Below are positions 23,232 to 31,148 of a DNA stretch of 32,000 bases, one piece after another; the stretch's first letter is position 1; each line of letters begins with the position of its first letter. The stretch comes from Massilicoli timonensis (GTDB lineage: Bacteria; Bacillota_I; Bacilli_A; Erysipelotrichales; Erysipelotrichaceae): positions 1,233,272 through 1,265,271 of the forward strand of contig NZ_LT963434.1 in assembly GCF_900199515.1 (NCBI RefSeq), written 5' to 3'. A program made the position numbers and the translations under genes. A model generated the notes under the pieces. It saw only the letters and a program-made list of their open reading frames with translations, had not been told where the DNA came from and made no database searches.

Positions 23232-23254
23232 CTTCGGGCCAGCATGGCCCGAAG
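23232..23254 (-). repeat. ICE hairpin repeat copy 11
   Basis: Plus strand CTTCGGGCCAGCATGGCCCGAAG. It lies in the open frame upstream of the hydrolase ATG and reads ASGHAGPK. Confidence 0.9.
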
Positions 23255-23429
23255 CGCCGGTCTGCCCGGTATCCTCGTCCTCAAACCGCAGGCGTCGGGA
23301 CGGTGCGGGGGAAGGTCCTTCCCGGTCAGCCGGTCCGGGGCGAGTGCTCCCGGTATCCTCCGGCGGCCCCGGCCTTTGAAAATTCCGTTTATCCGGTTTC
23401 TTTCCGATGATGTATCCCTCCTTTCCGAA

Positions 23430-23452
23430 CCTCGGGCCAGCATGGCCCGAAG
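23430..23452 (-). repeat. ICE hairpin repeat copy 12
   Basis: Plus strand CCTCGGGCCAGCATGGCCCGAAG. It lies 4 nt after the VirB4 TAA stop and is followed by TTCGGAAAGGAGGG. Confidence 0.9.
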
Positions 23453-23456
23453 TGTG

Positions 23457-25850
23457 TTACGCCCGCTTCATTTCCTGTTTCTTGTCCTCCGGGCGGGTGG
23501 TCATAATGGCGTACAGCTCGGTATTCTGCGGGAAGCGGTCAACAAACGGGATGGTGGTGTTCCCGAAGAACAACAGCCCTTCGCCGGAATTAGTGTGGGT
23601 CACATAGGAAAGCTGGTGAGGGCTGATGCCGAGCTGTTTGGCTAAAATCTGCCTGTCGCCCTGCGCCTGCGAGAGCAGCACAAGGAAGTCCGAGTTTTCA
23701 AAGATGTTCTCGATCTCCGGGCTGGCAAGGAAGTCCTTCACGTTCTGCGTTAAGGCGCTGGGTACGCAGCCCTTCTTACGGAGCATTTTCCAGATCGCCA
23801 CACAGTAGCTTGCCGTCAGCCGGTCACGGAGCAGCACATGGAACTCGTCGAAGTAGCACCATGTAGCAATACCGCGCAGGAAATTCATGGACACCTGCGA
23901 ATTGACAAGGTCCTGCATAATGAGCATGGCAATCGTCCGAAGCCCGGCCCCCAGCTTTTTCAGGTCAAGACACACAAGGCGGCGGTTCAGGTCCACATTG
24001 GTTTCATGGTTGAACACGTTGAGAGAGCCCGACACATAGATTTCAAGGGCCGTTGCCAGCCGCACCGCCTCGCCCTCGGGCTGGGAACAGAGCAGGTCAT
24101 ACAGGGTTTGGAGGGTCGGCATTTTCGCCGTTTCCGGGTTCTGCAAATGCTCCCGGTACATCTGGCGCACACAGCGGTCAATGACGGTCCGTTCCACCGG
24201 CTGCAAGCCGTCCTTGCCGCCGACGATCAGCTCCATCAGCGACAAGATAAAGTCGGCTTTCAGCGCCATCGGGTTTTCCTCGTCGAAGCTCAAATCAATG
24301 TCCATCGGGTTAATGTGGTGCGGGCTGTCCGGGGCGATCTCGATGACCTGCCCGCCCAGCCGCTTGATAAGGGGAGAGTATTCGCCCATCGGGTCCACCA
24401 CGATAATCCGGTCACGGGTGGCAAGGAACACGTTCACAAGCTCCCGCTTTGCGGCAAAGGATTTGCCGGAGCCCGGCACACCGAGAAACAGGCCGTTGGG
24501 GTTTTTGAGCTTCTTCCGGTTTGCCATGATGACGTTATGGGAAAGAGCGTTGAGCCCGTAATAGACGGCCTCGCCGTCCATGCGGAGCTCCTGCGTCATA
24601 AAGGGAACGAAAATAGCCGTGGAGCTGGTGGTCATGCCGCGCTTGATCTCAATGCCGTTATGGCCCAGCGGCAGGCTGGAAAGAAAACCGTCCTCCTGCT
24701 GGAAGTCCAGCCGCTTCAAGGTGCAGTTGTATTTCTGAACGATACCCGACACCGTGAACAGGTCGTTGTCCAGCTCCCGGCGGGTCGGGGCCATGTTCAC
24801 CACAAGGAAGGTCAGCAGGAACATTCGCTCGTTCCGGCTCTGCAAATCTTCCAAGAGGGTCTTTGCGTCGTTGCTGTACGTCACAAGGTCGGGCGGGAGT
24901 ATGTCCATGTCGTACCCGGCCCGGGCGGCCTTCTTCTGTTCCTCCACCTTCATCTTGTCAATATCGGAGACTTTGGCCTTGATGGATTTCACGGCGGCGG
25001 CCTGATCGACGGTCTGGATATGGAGCGTGATCGTCATTTCCGCATCCATTTCCAAAAGCTCCGCCAGCAGCTTGTCCGAGAGCTCCGAGGCCAAAATCTG
25101 CAAATAGGAGGCAGCGCCCCAGGTCGTCCCCACCCGGAACAGGCGGCTGAAACGGAAGTCGAAGCTGTCCGGTGCGATAAAATCCTTTGTGGAAAGGCCG
25201 GTCTGGGGTATCATATCCCACGAAAACCGGAAAGGGTCGGTGCCGCCGGGGTGGAGCTGCCCGTGAAGGAGCTCCAGCCGTTCCAGCCCCGAGAGGGAGC
25301 GGCACTTGACACCCAGCTTTTTGAAGTTGCCGCAAATGTCCGCCTCCACACGCTCCAGCCTCGCCCTTGCGGTGGAGAGGTCGTCCACATTCACACCGAA
25401 GGTCAGGAGCTTTGTGCGGACAATGCCGTTGTTGCTTTTAGCGATCTGGTTCTCCAGCATTTCCACATATTCACGCCGGACGCTGTTGTAGTCGTCCTCC
25501 TGCATGGGGATGTTGACGCTGTACCGGCTGCCCGGGCGGCTCCGATGGTTGAGGAAAGAAAGCTGAAACGGCAAGGAGCTGTCAAAGTAATTCAGACAGG
25601 CACTCCACCCGTCAAAGATGGCCGCCTGATCTTCGGTCTGAGCGAGCTGGTAGTTGATGTCCTCATATTCAATGGTTTTGGTGTAATAGCGGTCCTCCAC
25701 CCGGCACACCCCATCCCGGTACATTTCCCGGTAAGGGAGGGTTTGCTGGGCGGTGGTGGGAATGTCCTTTCCCTTTGTGAACAGGCCGAGAAGGCCCGTC
25801 TTGTCAGGCTTTTTGCCTGCGGGCTTTCCGGCCCTTCTGTTGTTTTGCAA
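23457..25850 (-). CDS. VirB4-type conjugative transfer ATPase
   Basis: ORF 23457-25886. The favoured start is the TTG at 25850, 9 nt after GAAAGGAGG; ATG 25886 is the alternative. Walker A GVPGSGKSFAAK. Its size and order after a PrgI-like gene are typical of Gram-positive T4SS ATPases. Confidence 0.9.
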   Translation of the reverse strand: MQNNRRAGKPAGKKPDKTGLLGLFTKGKDIPTTAQQTLPYREMYRDGVCRVEDRYYTKTIEYEDINYQLAQTEDQAAIFDGWSACLNYFDSSLPFQLSFLNHRSRPGSRYSVNIPMQEDDYNSVRREYVEMLENQIAKSNNGIVRTKLLTFGVNVDDLSTARARLERVEADICGNFKKLGVKCRSLSGLERLELLHGQLHPGGTDPFRFSWDMIPQTGLSTKDFIAPDSFDFRFSRLFRVGTTWGAASYLQILASELSDKLLAELLEMDAEMTITLHIQTVDQAAAVKSIKAKVSDIDKMKVEEQKKAARAGYDMDILPPDLVTYSNDAKTLLEDLQSRNERMFLLTFLVVNMAPTRRELDNDLFTVSGIVQKYNCTLKRLDFQQEDGFLSSLPLGHNGIEIKRGMTTSSTAIFVPFMTQELRMDGEAVYYGLNALSHNVIMANRKKLKNPNGLFLGVPGSGKSFAAKRELVNVFLATRDRIIVVDPMGEYSPLIKRLGGQVIEIAPDSPHHINPMDIDLSFDEENPMALKADFILSLMELIVGGKDGLQPVERTVIDRCVRQMYREHLQNPETAKMPTLQTLYDLLCSQPEGEAVRLATALEIYVSGSLNVFNHETNVDLNRRLVCLDLKKLGAGLRTIAMLIMQDLVNSQVSMNFLRGIATWCYFDEFHVLLRDRLTASYCVAIWKMLRKKGCVPSALTQNVKDFLASPEIENIFENSDFLVLLSQAQGDRQILAKQLGISPHQLSYVTHTNSGEGLLFFGNTTIPFVDRFPQNTELYAIMTTRPEDKKQEMKRA

Positions 25851-26190
25851 TCGGCTGCGCCTCCTTTCTGGCGCCAAGCAGCGCATAGAAGTTTTCGGTT
25901 TTGTAAGGCCGCACCCGGGGATAGAGGAACCGGGTGCGGATGATGTTTTTCAGCACCTTTTCCAGCGGCAGGCCGTCCCGCTCATACATGGCGAAAAAGA
26001 AGAACGGGAGCATGAGGCCGATCATCAGGAACATGGCGGCGCTGTTTCCGATACTGCCACGGGAAAACAGGTAGGCCGGAAGGCCCACCGCCGCCGCGCC
26101 GGAAAAACAAATAAGCTGGCGCTTCGTGAGATTGAAGGCCAGCTTTGTCTTGATTTTGGACAGGTCTTTGGGTACTGGCACATAGGCCAT
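25804..26190 (-). CDS. PrgI/TcpE-like (VirB3-like) small T4SS membrane protein
   Basis: 128 aa. MAYVPVPKDLSKIKTKLAFNLTKRQL followed by two TM helices. RBS AAAGGAGG. It overlaps the VirB4 start. Confidence 0.7.
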   Translation of the reverse strand: MAYVPVPKDLSKIKTKLAFNLTKRQLICFSGAAAVGLPAYLFSRGSIGNSAAMFLMIGLMLPFFFFAMYERDGLPLEKVLKNIIRTRFLYPRVRPYKTENFYALLGARKEAQPIAKQQKGRKARRQKA

Positions 26191-26211
26191 TTCGTTACAC
26201 CTCCTTTGCCG

Positions 26212-26234
26212 CTTCGGGCCAACATGACCCGAAG
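26212..26234 (-). repeat. ICE hairpin repeat copy 13
   Basis: Plus strand CTTCGGGCCAACATGACCCGAAG. It abuts the TAG stop (26235-26237) with a 0-nt gap and is followed by CGGCAAAGGAGG. Confidence 0.9.
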
Positions 26235-26855
26235 CTACCTTGCGGCCTCTTTGGCCGGGGCTGTGCTGCGGGCGGCTTCGGCGGCCTCCCGTCCGCTCTG
26301 CCTTGCCCGCCAGTATTCGGGATTGTATTGCCGGATGGACTGATTGAGGTTTTCTTCAAACCGCTCTTTGTCCTTGATACGGTCGGGGATCTTCCAGAGC
26401 TTTTTGTCCAGCAGCTCCCGGAGCACCACGCTTTCCTGTGCGTCCTCCTCATAGCAGATATAGCCCTTGTCCTTGAAACCGCATTTTTTCGCCGCCGGAG
26501 AGAGGACGGCGGCCACCTCGTTTGCAACCATCGTTCCGCCGTGGCTGGCGGTGGATACCAAAAACACGCCCGGGCAGAGAACTTCACAGCTCTGCACCTC
26601 TCCCCACGGGGAGGTCCGGGGCGCATGGAACATCCCGCCCGTCCGGCTCCGGTCCGCCTGCATGAGAGCCGCCTTTTCCAAGATGGCCTTCAGCTCCGGG
26701 GAAAAGTAGGCGTATTCCCGCAGGACACGGGCGGCGTCCCCGCCGCAGGCGTTCATCAACAGGGTATAGGCGTCGCTGTCCGCTTTGGTACAGCGGCCCA
26801 GCAGCTTGCCGTCATAGTAGCAGGCCGCGTCATAGCCCGTCCGTTTGCGTGGCAT
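26235..26855 (-). CDS. Conserved-looking ICE protein of unknown function (206 aa)
   Basis: Likely start MPRKRTGYDAACYYDG at 26855, behind GGAAAGGAGG. No motif I can name. Confidence 0.6.
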   Translation of the reverse strand: MPRKRTGYDAACYYDGKLLGRCTKADSDAYTLLMNACGGDAARVLREYAYFSPELKAILEKAALMQADRSRTGGMFHAPRTSPWGEVQSCEVLCPGVFLVSTASHGGTMVANEVAAVLSPAAKKCGFKDKGYICYEEDAQESVVLRELLDKKLWKIPDRIKDKERFEENLNQSIRQYNPEYWRARQSGREAAEAARSTAPAKEAAR

Positions 26856-26874
26856 GGGTTTCGCCTCCTTTCCG

Positions 26875-26897
26875 CTTCGGGCCAGCATGGCCCGAGG
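26875..26897 (-). repeat. ICE hairpin repeat copy 14
   Basis: Plus strand CTTCGGGCCAGCATGGCCCGAGG. It abuts the TGA stop (26898-26900) with a 0-nt gap and is followed by CGGAAAGGAGGCG. Confidence 0.9.
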
Positions 26898-27539
26898 TCA
26901 ACGCTCTGTGCCACGGCTGGGCTTTTCCTTCGGGGGCCGTTCCGCCTTTGCCTGTTCGGCAGCCGCTTTCCCGGCCTTGAGCTGTTCGCTGATGGACGCA
27001 CGCCCGGCAGAGCCGCGCTCCGCCATCTGTTCCAGCTTTACTTCATAGGCTTGCAGAACAGCGGTGTTGAGCTGTTCCCGGAACTCCTTCGTGACAGGAT
27101 AGGCCATATCCCGGTAGCCGCCCTTGCCGTCCGGCTGGCTGGGCATCCCCACGAAAAGGCCCTTGCTGCCCTGCACGATTTTCAGATTTTCCACCACAAA
27201 GCAGTCGTTGAATTTCACGCTGGCAAAGCCCATCAGGTTTTTCACAGGTTCGATGACCCGCACGCTTACATCCAGCTTCAACGGTGCGGCGGGGGTGGTG
27301 TCCGCAACCTTTTCCTGCATGGTTTCCTCCTTTCCGGCGGGAACAAGATTCCCGTCCTTGTAGTCATAGCCTTCCGCCCGGAGTGCCGCCAGCGTGTCCG
27401 CCGATACGCACCCGGACAGTTTCAGATCGGCTTCTACCATAAAGCGCATGGTGTCTGTTTTAGAAAATTCCTCGGGGAGCTTTCCGTAGAAAGCCGGGTG
27501 CGGCTGTCCGTCCGCGCCCTGTTTGTAGCGCCGGGGCAT
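26898..27539 (-). CDS. Protein with a central SpoVG-like nucleic-acid-binding domain
   Basis: VSVRVIEPVKNLMGFASVKFNDCFVVENLKIVQGSKGLFVGMPSQPDGKGGYRDMAYPVTKEFREQLNTAVLQAY aligns by eye with SpoVG (ASITLD.EFVVHDIRVI.G..GLFVAMPS....G.FRDIAHP......I..AVL..Y). Confidence 0.7.
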   Translation of the reverse strand: MPRRYKQGADGQPHPAFYGKLPEEFSKTDTMRFMVEADLKLSGCVSADTLAALRAEGYDYKDGNLVPAGKEETMQEKVADTTPAAPLKLDVSVRVIEPVKNLMGFASVKFNDCFVVENLKIVQGSKGLFVGMPSQPDGKGGYRDMAYPVTKEFREQLNTAVLQAYEVKLEQMAERGSAGRASISEQLKAGKAAAEQAKAERPPKEKPSRGTER

Positions 27540-27554
27540 ACCGCCTCCTTTCCG

Positions 27555-27577
27555 CTTCGGGTCAGCATGGCCCGAAG
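27555..27577 (-). repeat. ICE hairpin repeat copy 15
   Basis: Plus strand CTTCGGGTCAGCATGGCCCGAAG. It lies 4 nt after the TAA stop and is followed by CGGAAAGGAGGCG. Confidence 0.9.
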
Positions 27578-27581
27578 TCTC

Positions 27582-28448
27582 TTAATGGCAGCCGAAGATG
27601 GATTTTGCAAGGCTGCCCGTTTTGAACAGGGTAAAACACAGCAGCACCGTATAGCCCACACAGCCCCAGATCGCCCCGATGGGGTCGCCGTCGGTGGCGA
27701 TACTCTGGATAAGCACCGCATAGATAGCGACACAGACCAAAATGAGCAAGCCTTGAAAGCCCACCGCAAAGAGGGAGCGGAAATAGTTCTGCCCCATGTG
27801 TCCGGTTTCCCGGTTGGGGACGGTGGCAAACGGGATGGGTGCCAAACTTGTGAGTAAGTAAATTTCAATCATACGGCCATATACGATCACGAAGATCACG
27901 ATGTTTAAGGCAATCATGGTAAGCTGAATCAGGAATGACTGGAGCCAGAGGCCAAACAGGGGACCTAACTCCATTGCCTCCAGCTCGGTCCGCAGACTGT
28001 CCATTACATCCGTTGTGATCTCTGTCCCGTTCTGGATAATGCCCGCCGATTGCTGGATGACGTGCTGGCTCACGTCAAAGACGGCCAGCACGATATTGAA
28101 GGTATTCGTCAGGATTATTACCGCCACAAAGGTTTTGAACACCCACTTGAAAAACATCCATGTGTCAACGTCATGGAGGTTGTTGCGGTCAATGAGCATT
28201 TGTATCAGCTCATAGGTCATTACAAAAGTGAGGATGACCCCGGCGATTGGCAGGATGGCGGTTTCAGAGATTTGCCGTATCATGGAAAAGACCCCGGCGT
28301 TCCAGTCCGCCGGGGTCGTGCCTACCTGTGTGGCGATCTCGCCAACGCTCTGATTGACGTTATTGAAAAGGCCATCCAGATTTCCCATGATACCATCGAC
28401 AAGCAAACCTTTGAGCCATTCAACGATTGCGTCGATGATAAAGTCCAT
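27582..28448 (-). CDS. Multi-pass T4SS membrane protein (VirB6-like)
   Basis: 288 aa with about 6 hydrophobic helices. RBS AAAGGAG. It sits between the Maff2-like gene and the VirB4 cluster. Confidence 0.7.
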   Translation of the reverse strand: MDFIIDAIVEWLKGLLVDGIMGNLDGLFNNVNQSVGEIATQVGTTPADWNAGVFSMIRQISETAILPIAGVILTFVMTYELIQMLIDRNNLHDVDTWMFFKWVFKTFVAVIILTNTFNIVLAVFDVSQHVIQQSAGIIQNGTEITTDVMDSLRTELEAMELGPLFGLWLQSFLIQLTMIALNIVIFVIVYGRMIEIYLLTSLAPIPFATVPNRETGHMGQNYFRSLFAVGFQGLLILVCVAIYAVLIQSIATDGDPIGAIWGCVGYTVLLCFTLFKTGSLAKSIFGCH

Positions 28449-28489
28449 ACATCAGCTCCTTTTCTGGAAAAAGGGACAACGGGTAAGGG

Positions 28490-28705
28490 TTAGCTGAACA
28501 GGCCGGACAGCAGAGGGATAAGCTGCATACCGATCAGGACGACACCGCCGCCCGCCATGAGCTGCTTAATGCCCTGGCTCTTTGCCGCGGGGTTGTCGGA
28601 CCCGTAACCTTCCAGCAGGTTGATGACGCCCCACACCGCCAGACCAGCGCCCAGCGCCATGACCAGAATCTTGAGAATGTCGATAGCAGAGTTGAAAAAT
28701 TCCAT
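28490..28705 (-). CDS. Small two-TM membrane protein (Maff2-like)
   Basis: Likely start MEFFNSAIDILKILVMALGAGLAVWGVINLLEGYGSDNP at 28705, 7 nt after GGAGG. Confidence 0.65.
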   Translation of the reverse strand: MEFFNSAIDILKILVMALGAGLAVWGVINLLEGYGSDNPAAKSQGIKQLMAGGGVVLIGMQLIPLLSGLFS

Positions 28706-28741
28706 ATACGTTCCTCCATTTTGTTTTTTGGTTTTGGGTAC

Positions 28742-28766
28742 AAAAAAAGCCGCCCACATTGGCGGC
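28742..28766 (-). terminator. Intrinsic terminator after hairpin copy 16
   Basis: Minus strand GCCGCC-AATGTG-GGCGGC followed by TTTTTTT. Confidence 0.65.
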
Positions 28767-28767
28767 G

Positions 28768-28790
28768 CTTCGGGCCATCATGGCCCGAAG
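28768..28790 (-). repeat. ICE hairpin repeat copy 16
   Basis: Plus strand CTTCGGGCCATCATGGCCCGAAG. It abuts the VirD4 TAA stop (28791-28793) with a 0-nt gap. Confidence 0.9.
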
Positions 28791-30614
28791 TTACACAAAC
28801 TCGTCGCTGTCCAGATCGTCGAAATTCAACAGGTCAGCTTCTTCGTCTGTGTCGGAGCCGTCCACCTCGTACACCGTGTATTCGTCCTCCGGCTTTAGTC
28901 TCAATGGCCGGTGGCGGAACAGGCTTTCCAAGTGGAAGGCGTTTTTCTTTTTGTCAAACTCGGCTGTGTACTTGTAGTTGGGGTGCTTTTTCAAATCGTA
29001 TTTGGGAGAAAAGAAGGGCGGAAGCCCTCGAAGCTGCAAGATACACTTGTCTCCCGGCATAGTAGTGATTTCGCTGGTCGTCATCAGCTCCCGGCCAAGC
29101 CGCTGCATATTCTGGCTGTAACTCTCGGACTGACCCCGGCTGCGGCCTTCGGTCTGCATGGAGATGGTGGCCTTGCCCAGCCAGTTTTCCGAAATATCCT
29201 TTAGGGTGGAAGCCTCCCGGCCTCCGAGGAACACGATACTGTCCATGTTTCCCATGATGGTTTCGGAATGGTCCTTGTACAGCGCCTTGCATTGGCTCAT
29301 AGCCTGATAAAAGAGCGTCAGGCTGATCTCCCGGGAACGGATAACGGCAACGATTTTTTCCAGCCCCGGCACCTGTCCCGTGTTGGCCGCCTCGTCCCAC
29401 AGCACCCGTACATGATGGGGCAGGCGTCCGCCGTAGGTGTTGTCGGCCCGTTCACACAGAAGGTTGAACATCTGCGAGAAAGCGAGGGCCACAAGAAAGT
29501 TATAGGTGGTGTCCGTATCGCTGATAAGGAAAAACAGCGCCGATTTTTCATCCCCCAGCCGGTCAAGCTCCAGCTCGTCATAGGACATGATCTCCCGAAG
29601 CTGGGGAATGTCAAAGGGGGCAAGTCTGGCTCCACAGCTAATCAGTATGCTCTTAGCTGTCTTGCCGCTTGCCAGCTTGTACTTCTTATACTGCCTCACA
29701 GCAAAGTGCTGGGGACTCCGGCGCTCCAGCCCGTCAAACATATAGTCCACCGCATTTTTGAAGGTTTCGTCATCCTCCCGGACTTCCATGCTGTTTATCA
29801 TTTCCACCAGCGTATTCATGTTGCGTTCTTCCTCCGGCCCCTCAAACACGATGTAGGCCACAAGAGCGCAGTATAAAAGGGTTTCGGCTTTGGTCCAGAA
29901 CTCGTCGCCCTCCTTGCCGTCGCCTTTGGTGTTGGCGATCAGGGCGGTGACGAATTTCAGCACGTCGCTTTCCGTTTTGATGTAGGCCAGCGGATTGTAG
30001 TGCATGGATTTGGAGAAGTCGATACTATTGAACACCCGCACCTTATATTTCTCCCGTTGCAGGAACCGCCCGCATTGGTCGAGGGTGCCGCCCTTCGGGT
30101 CCACCACCACATACGAGGAGTGGGCTTGAAGGAGCTGCGGGGTCAGCCAGAACCTTGTCTTGCCCGAACCGGACGAGCCGATGACGCAGGCGTTCAGGTT
30201 GCGGGCGTTGGCGGGTATCTTCGGGCGGGTGTTCATGGTAAGGAACTCCGTCCCGGTCAGAATGACATTGTTCTGAAATTTGGGGTCTACAAACGGCTTT
30301 ATATCCTCCTTTGTTCCCCAGCGGGCGGTGCCGTACTCCGCATCCCTCCGGAATTTCTTTGCCTGCTTGATTTTGGACTGTATCAGCAGATACACCCCAG
30401 CCGCACCGGCGAGGCCCACCAGCAGGTCAATGCCACCCAGCCCCGGCCAGTAAGTTTCAAAGGCTTTGGGGAAGGTGTCGAGCATCCCCATGAGCTTTGT
30501 CCCGAAGTCTGCGCCGGGCGCGATACGGTAGGCCGTCCCGATTTTGGAGAAAAACCAGAACACAAAGAGGTACGGCAGGTTGGGGAGCACATATTTTCTG
30601 ATCTTGTCACTCAA
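28791..30614 (-). CDS. VirD4/TraG-type type IV coupling protein
   Basis: 607 aa with N-terminal TM helices and Walker A GSSGSGKTRF. The TTG start overlaps the PcfB stop (CGTTGAGTG). Confidence 0.9.
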   Translation of the reverse strand: MSDKIRKYVLPNLPYLFVFWFFSKIGTAYRIAPGADFGTKLMGMLDTFPKAFETYWPGLGGIDLLVGLAGAAGVYLLIQSKIKQAKKFRRDAEYGTARWGTKEDIKPFVDPKFQNNVILTGTEFLTMNTRPKIPANARNLNACVIGSSGSGKTRFWLTPQLLQAHSSYVVVDPKGGTLDQCGRFLQREKYKVRVFNSIDFSKSMHYNPLAYIKTESDVLKFVTALIANTKGDGKEGDEFWTKAETLLYCALVAYIVFEGPEEERNMNTLVEMINSMEVREDDETFKNAVDYMFDGLERRSPQHFAVRQYKKYKLASGKTAKSILISCGARLAPFDIPQLREIMSYDELELDRLGDEKSALFFLISDTDTTYNFLVALAFSQMFNLLCERADNTYGGRLPHHVRVLWDEAANTGQVPGLEKIVAVIRSREISLTLFYQAMSQCKALYKDHSETIMGNMDSIVFLGGREASTLKDISENWLGKATISMQTEGRSRGQSESYSQNMQRLGRELMTTSEITTMPGDKCILQLRGLPPFFSPKYDLKKHPNYKYTAEFDKKKNAFHLESLFRHRPLRLKPEDEYTVYEVDGSDTDEEADLLNFDDLDSDEFV

Positions 30615-31081
30615 CGTCCGTCCTTCACCGCCTCTCTGGTCCGCTGCTTCTCCTTCGGCTTCGTCCTGATCTGCTCCGTGAGCTTTCGGAGCTGGCCGAG
30701 GATAGAAGTCTTGTCCTGGTCTTTGTTCAGCACCTTTGTACTGTATTTCTGGAAGGCCGCCGTGATGGCGTCCGCCTGATTGGATTTGAAGAACAGCAGG
30801 TAATGGCCGGGGCTCACTTTATGGAAAGCGTAGTCCACATGGAACTCCTTCGCTATCCGGTCAAAATCCTTCGGCGCGCCCACATACTGCATGGCGTTTT
30901 TGCCGCCGTAGTGGTTCATCAGCTTCTTCACGCTCTGGCGGCCCTGCGGGGTCAGCGCCTTCCGGTGGTGCTTTTGCAGCGCCCGAACCACCTTGCCAAG
31001 AGCGGCGGCCAGCACTTTTCCCGTCAGCTTTGCCGTCTTGATCGAAAGGGCAACTGTTTTTTGGTTTACTTCTTCCTGCAT
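30611..31081 (-). CDS. PcfB-like conjugation protein
   Basis: 156 aa. MQEEVNQKTVALSIKTAKLTGKVLAAAL...DYAFHKVSPGHYLLFFKSNQADAI resembles PcfB/DUF3801 proteins that precede coupling proteins. RBS AAAGGAGG. Confidence 0.7.
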   Translation of the reverse strand: MQEEVNQKTVALSIKTAKLTGKVLAAALGKVVRALQKHHRKALTPQGRQSVKKLMNHYGGKNAMQYVGAPKDFDRIAKEFHVDYAFHKVSPGHYLLFFKSNQADAITAAFQKYSTKVLNKDQDKTSILGQLRKLTEQIRTKPKEKQRTREAVKDGR

Positions 31082-31148
31082 AAAACCTCCTTTCCGTCAG
31101 GGCTCCCGGTAGACGGGAGGCCCCCGTACACTCCGGGGCAACAGAAAA

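Noticed and set aside
23174-23443. Track ORFs beginning MLARS/MLARG or containing LRANMARS, GPNMARS, FGPTWPEV, SGHxGPK (for example 23174-23443, 26025-26225, 14176-14385, 15749-15943, 28566-28781)
   Set aside because: These peptides are just the hairpin unit translated in its stop-free frames, and the ATG is the spacer CAT/ATG. The ORFs have no RBS, overlap real genes or are antisense, and have shadow-like composition.
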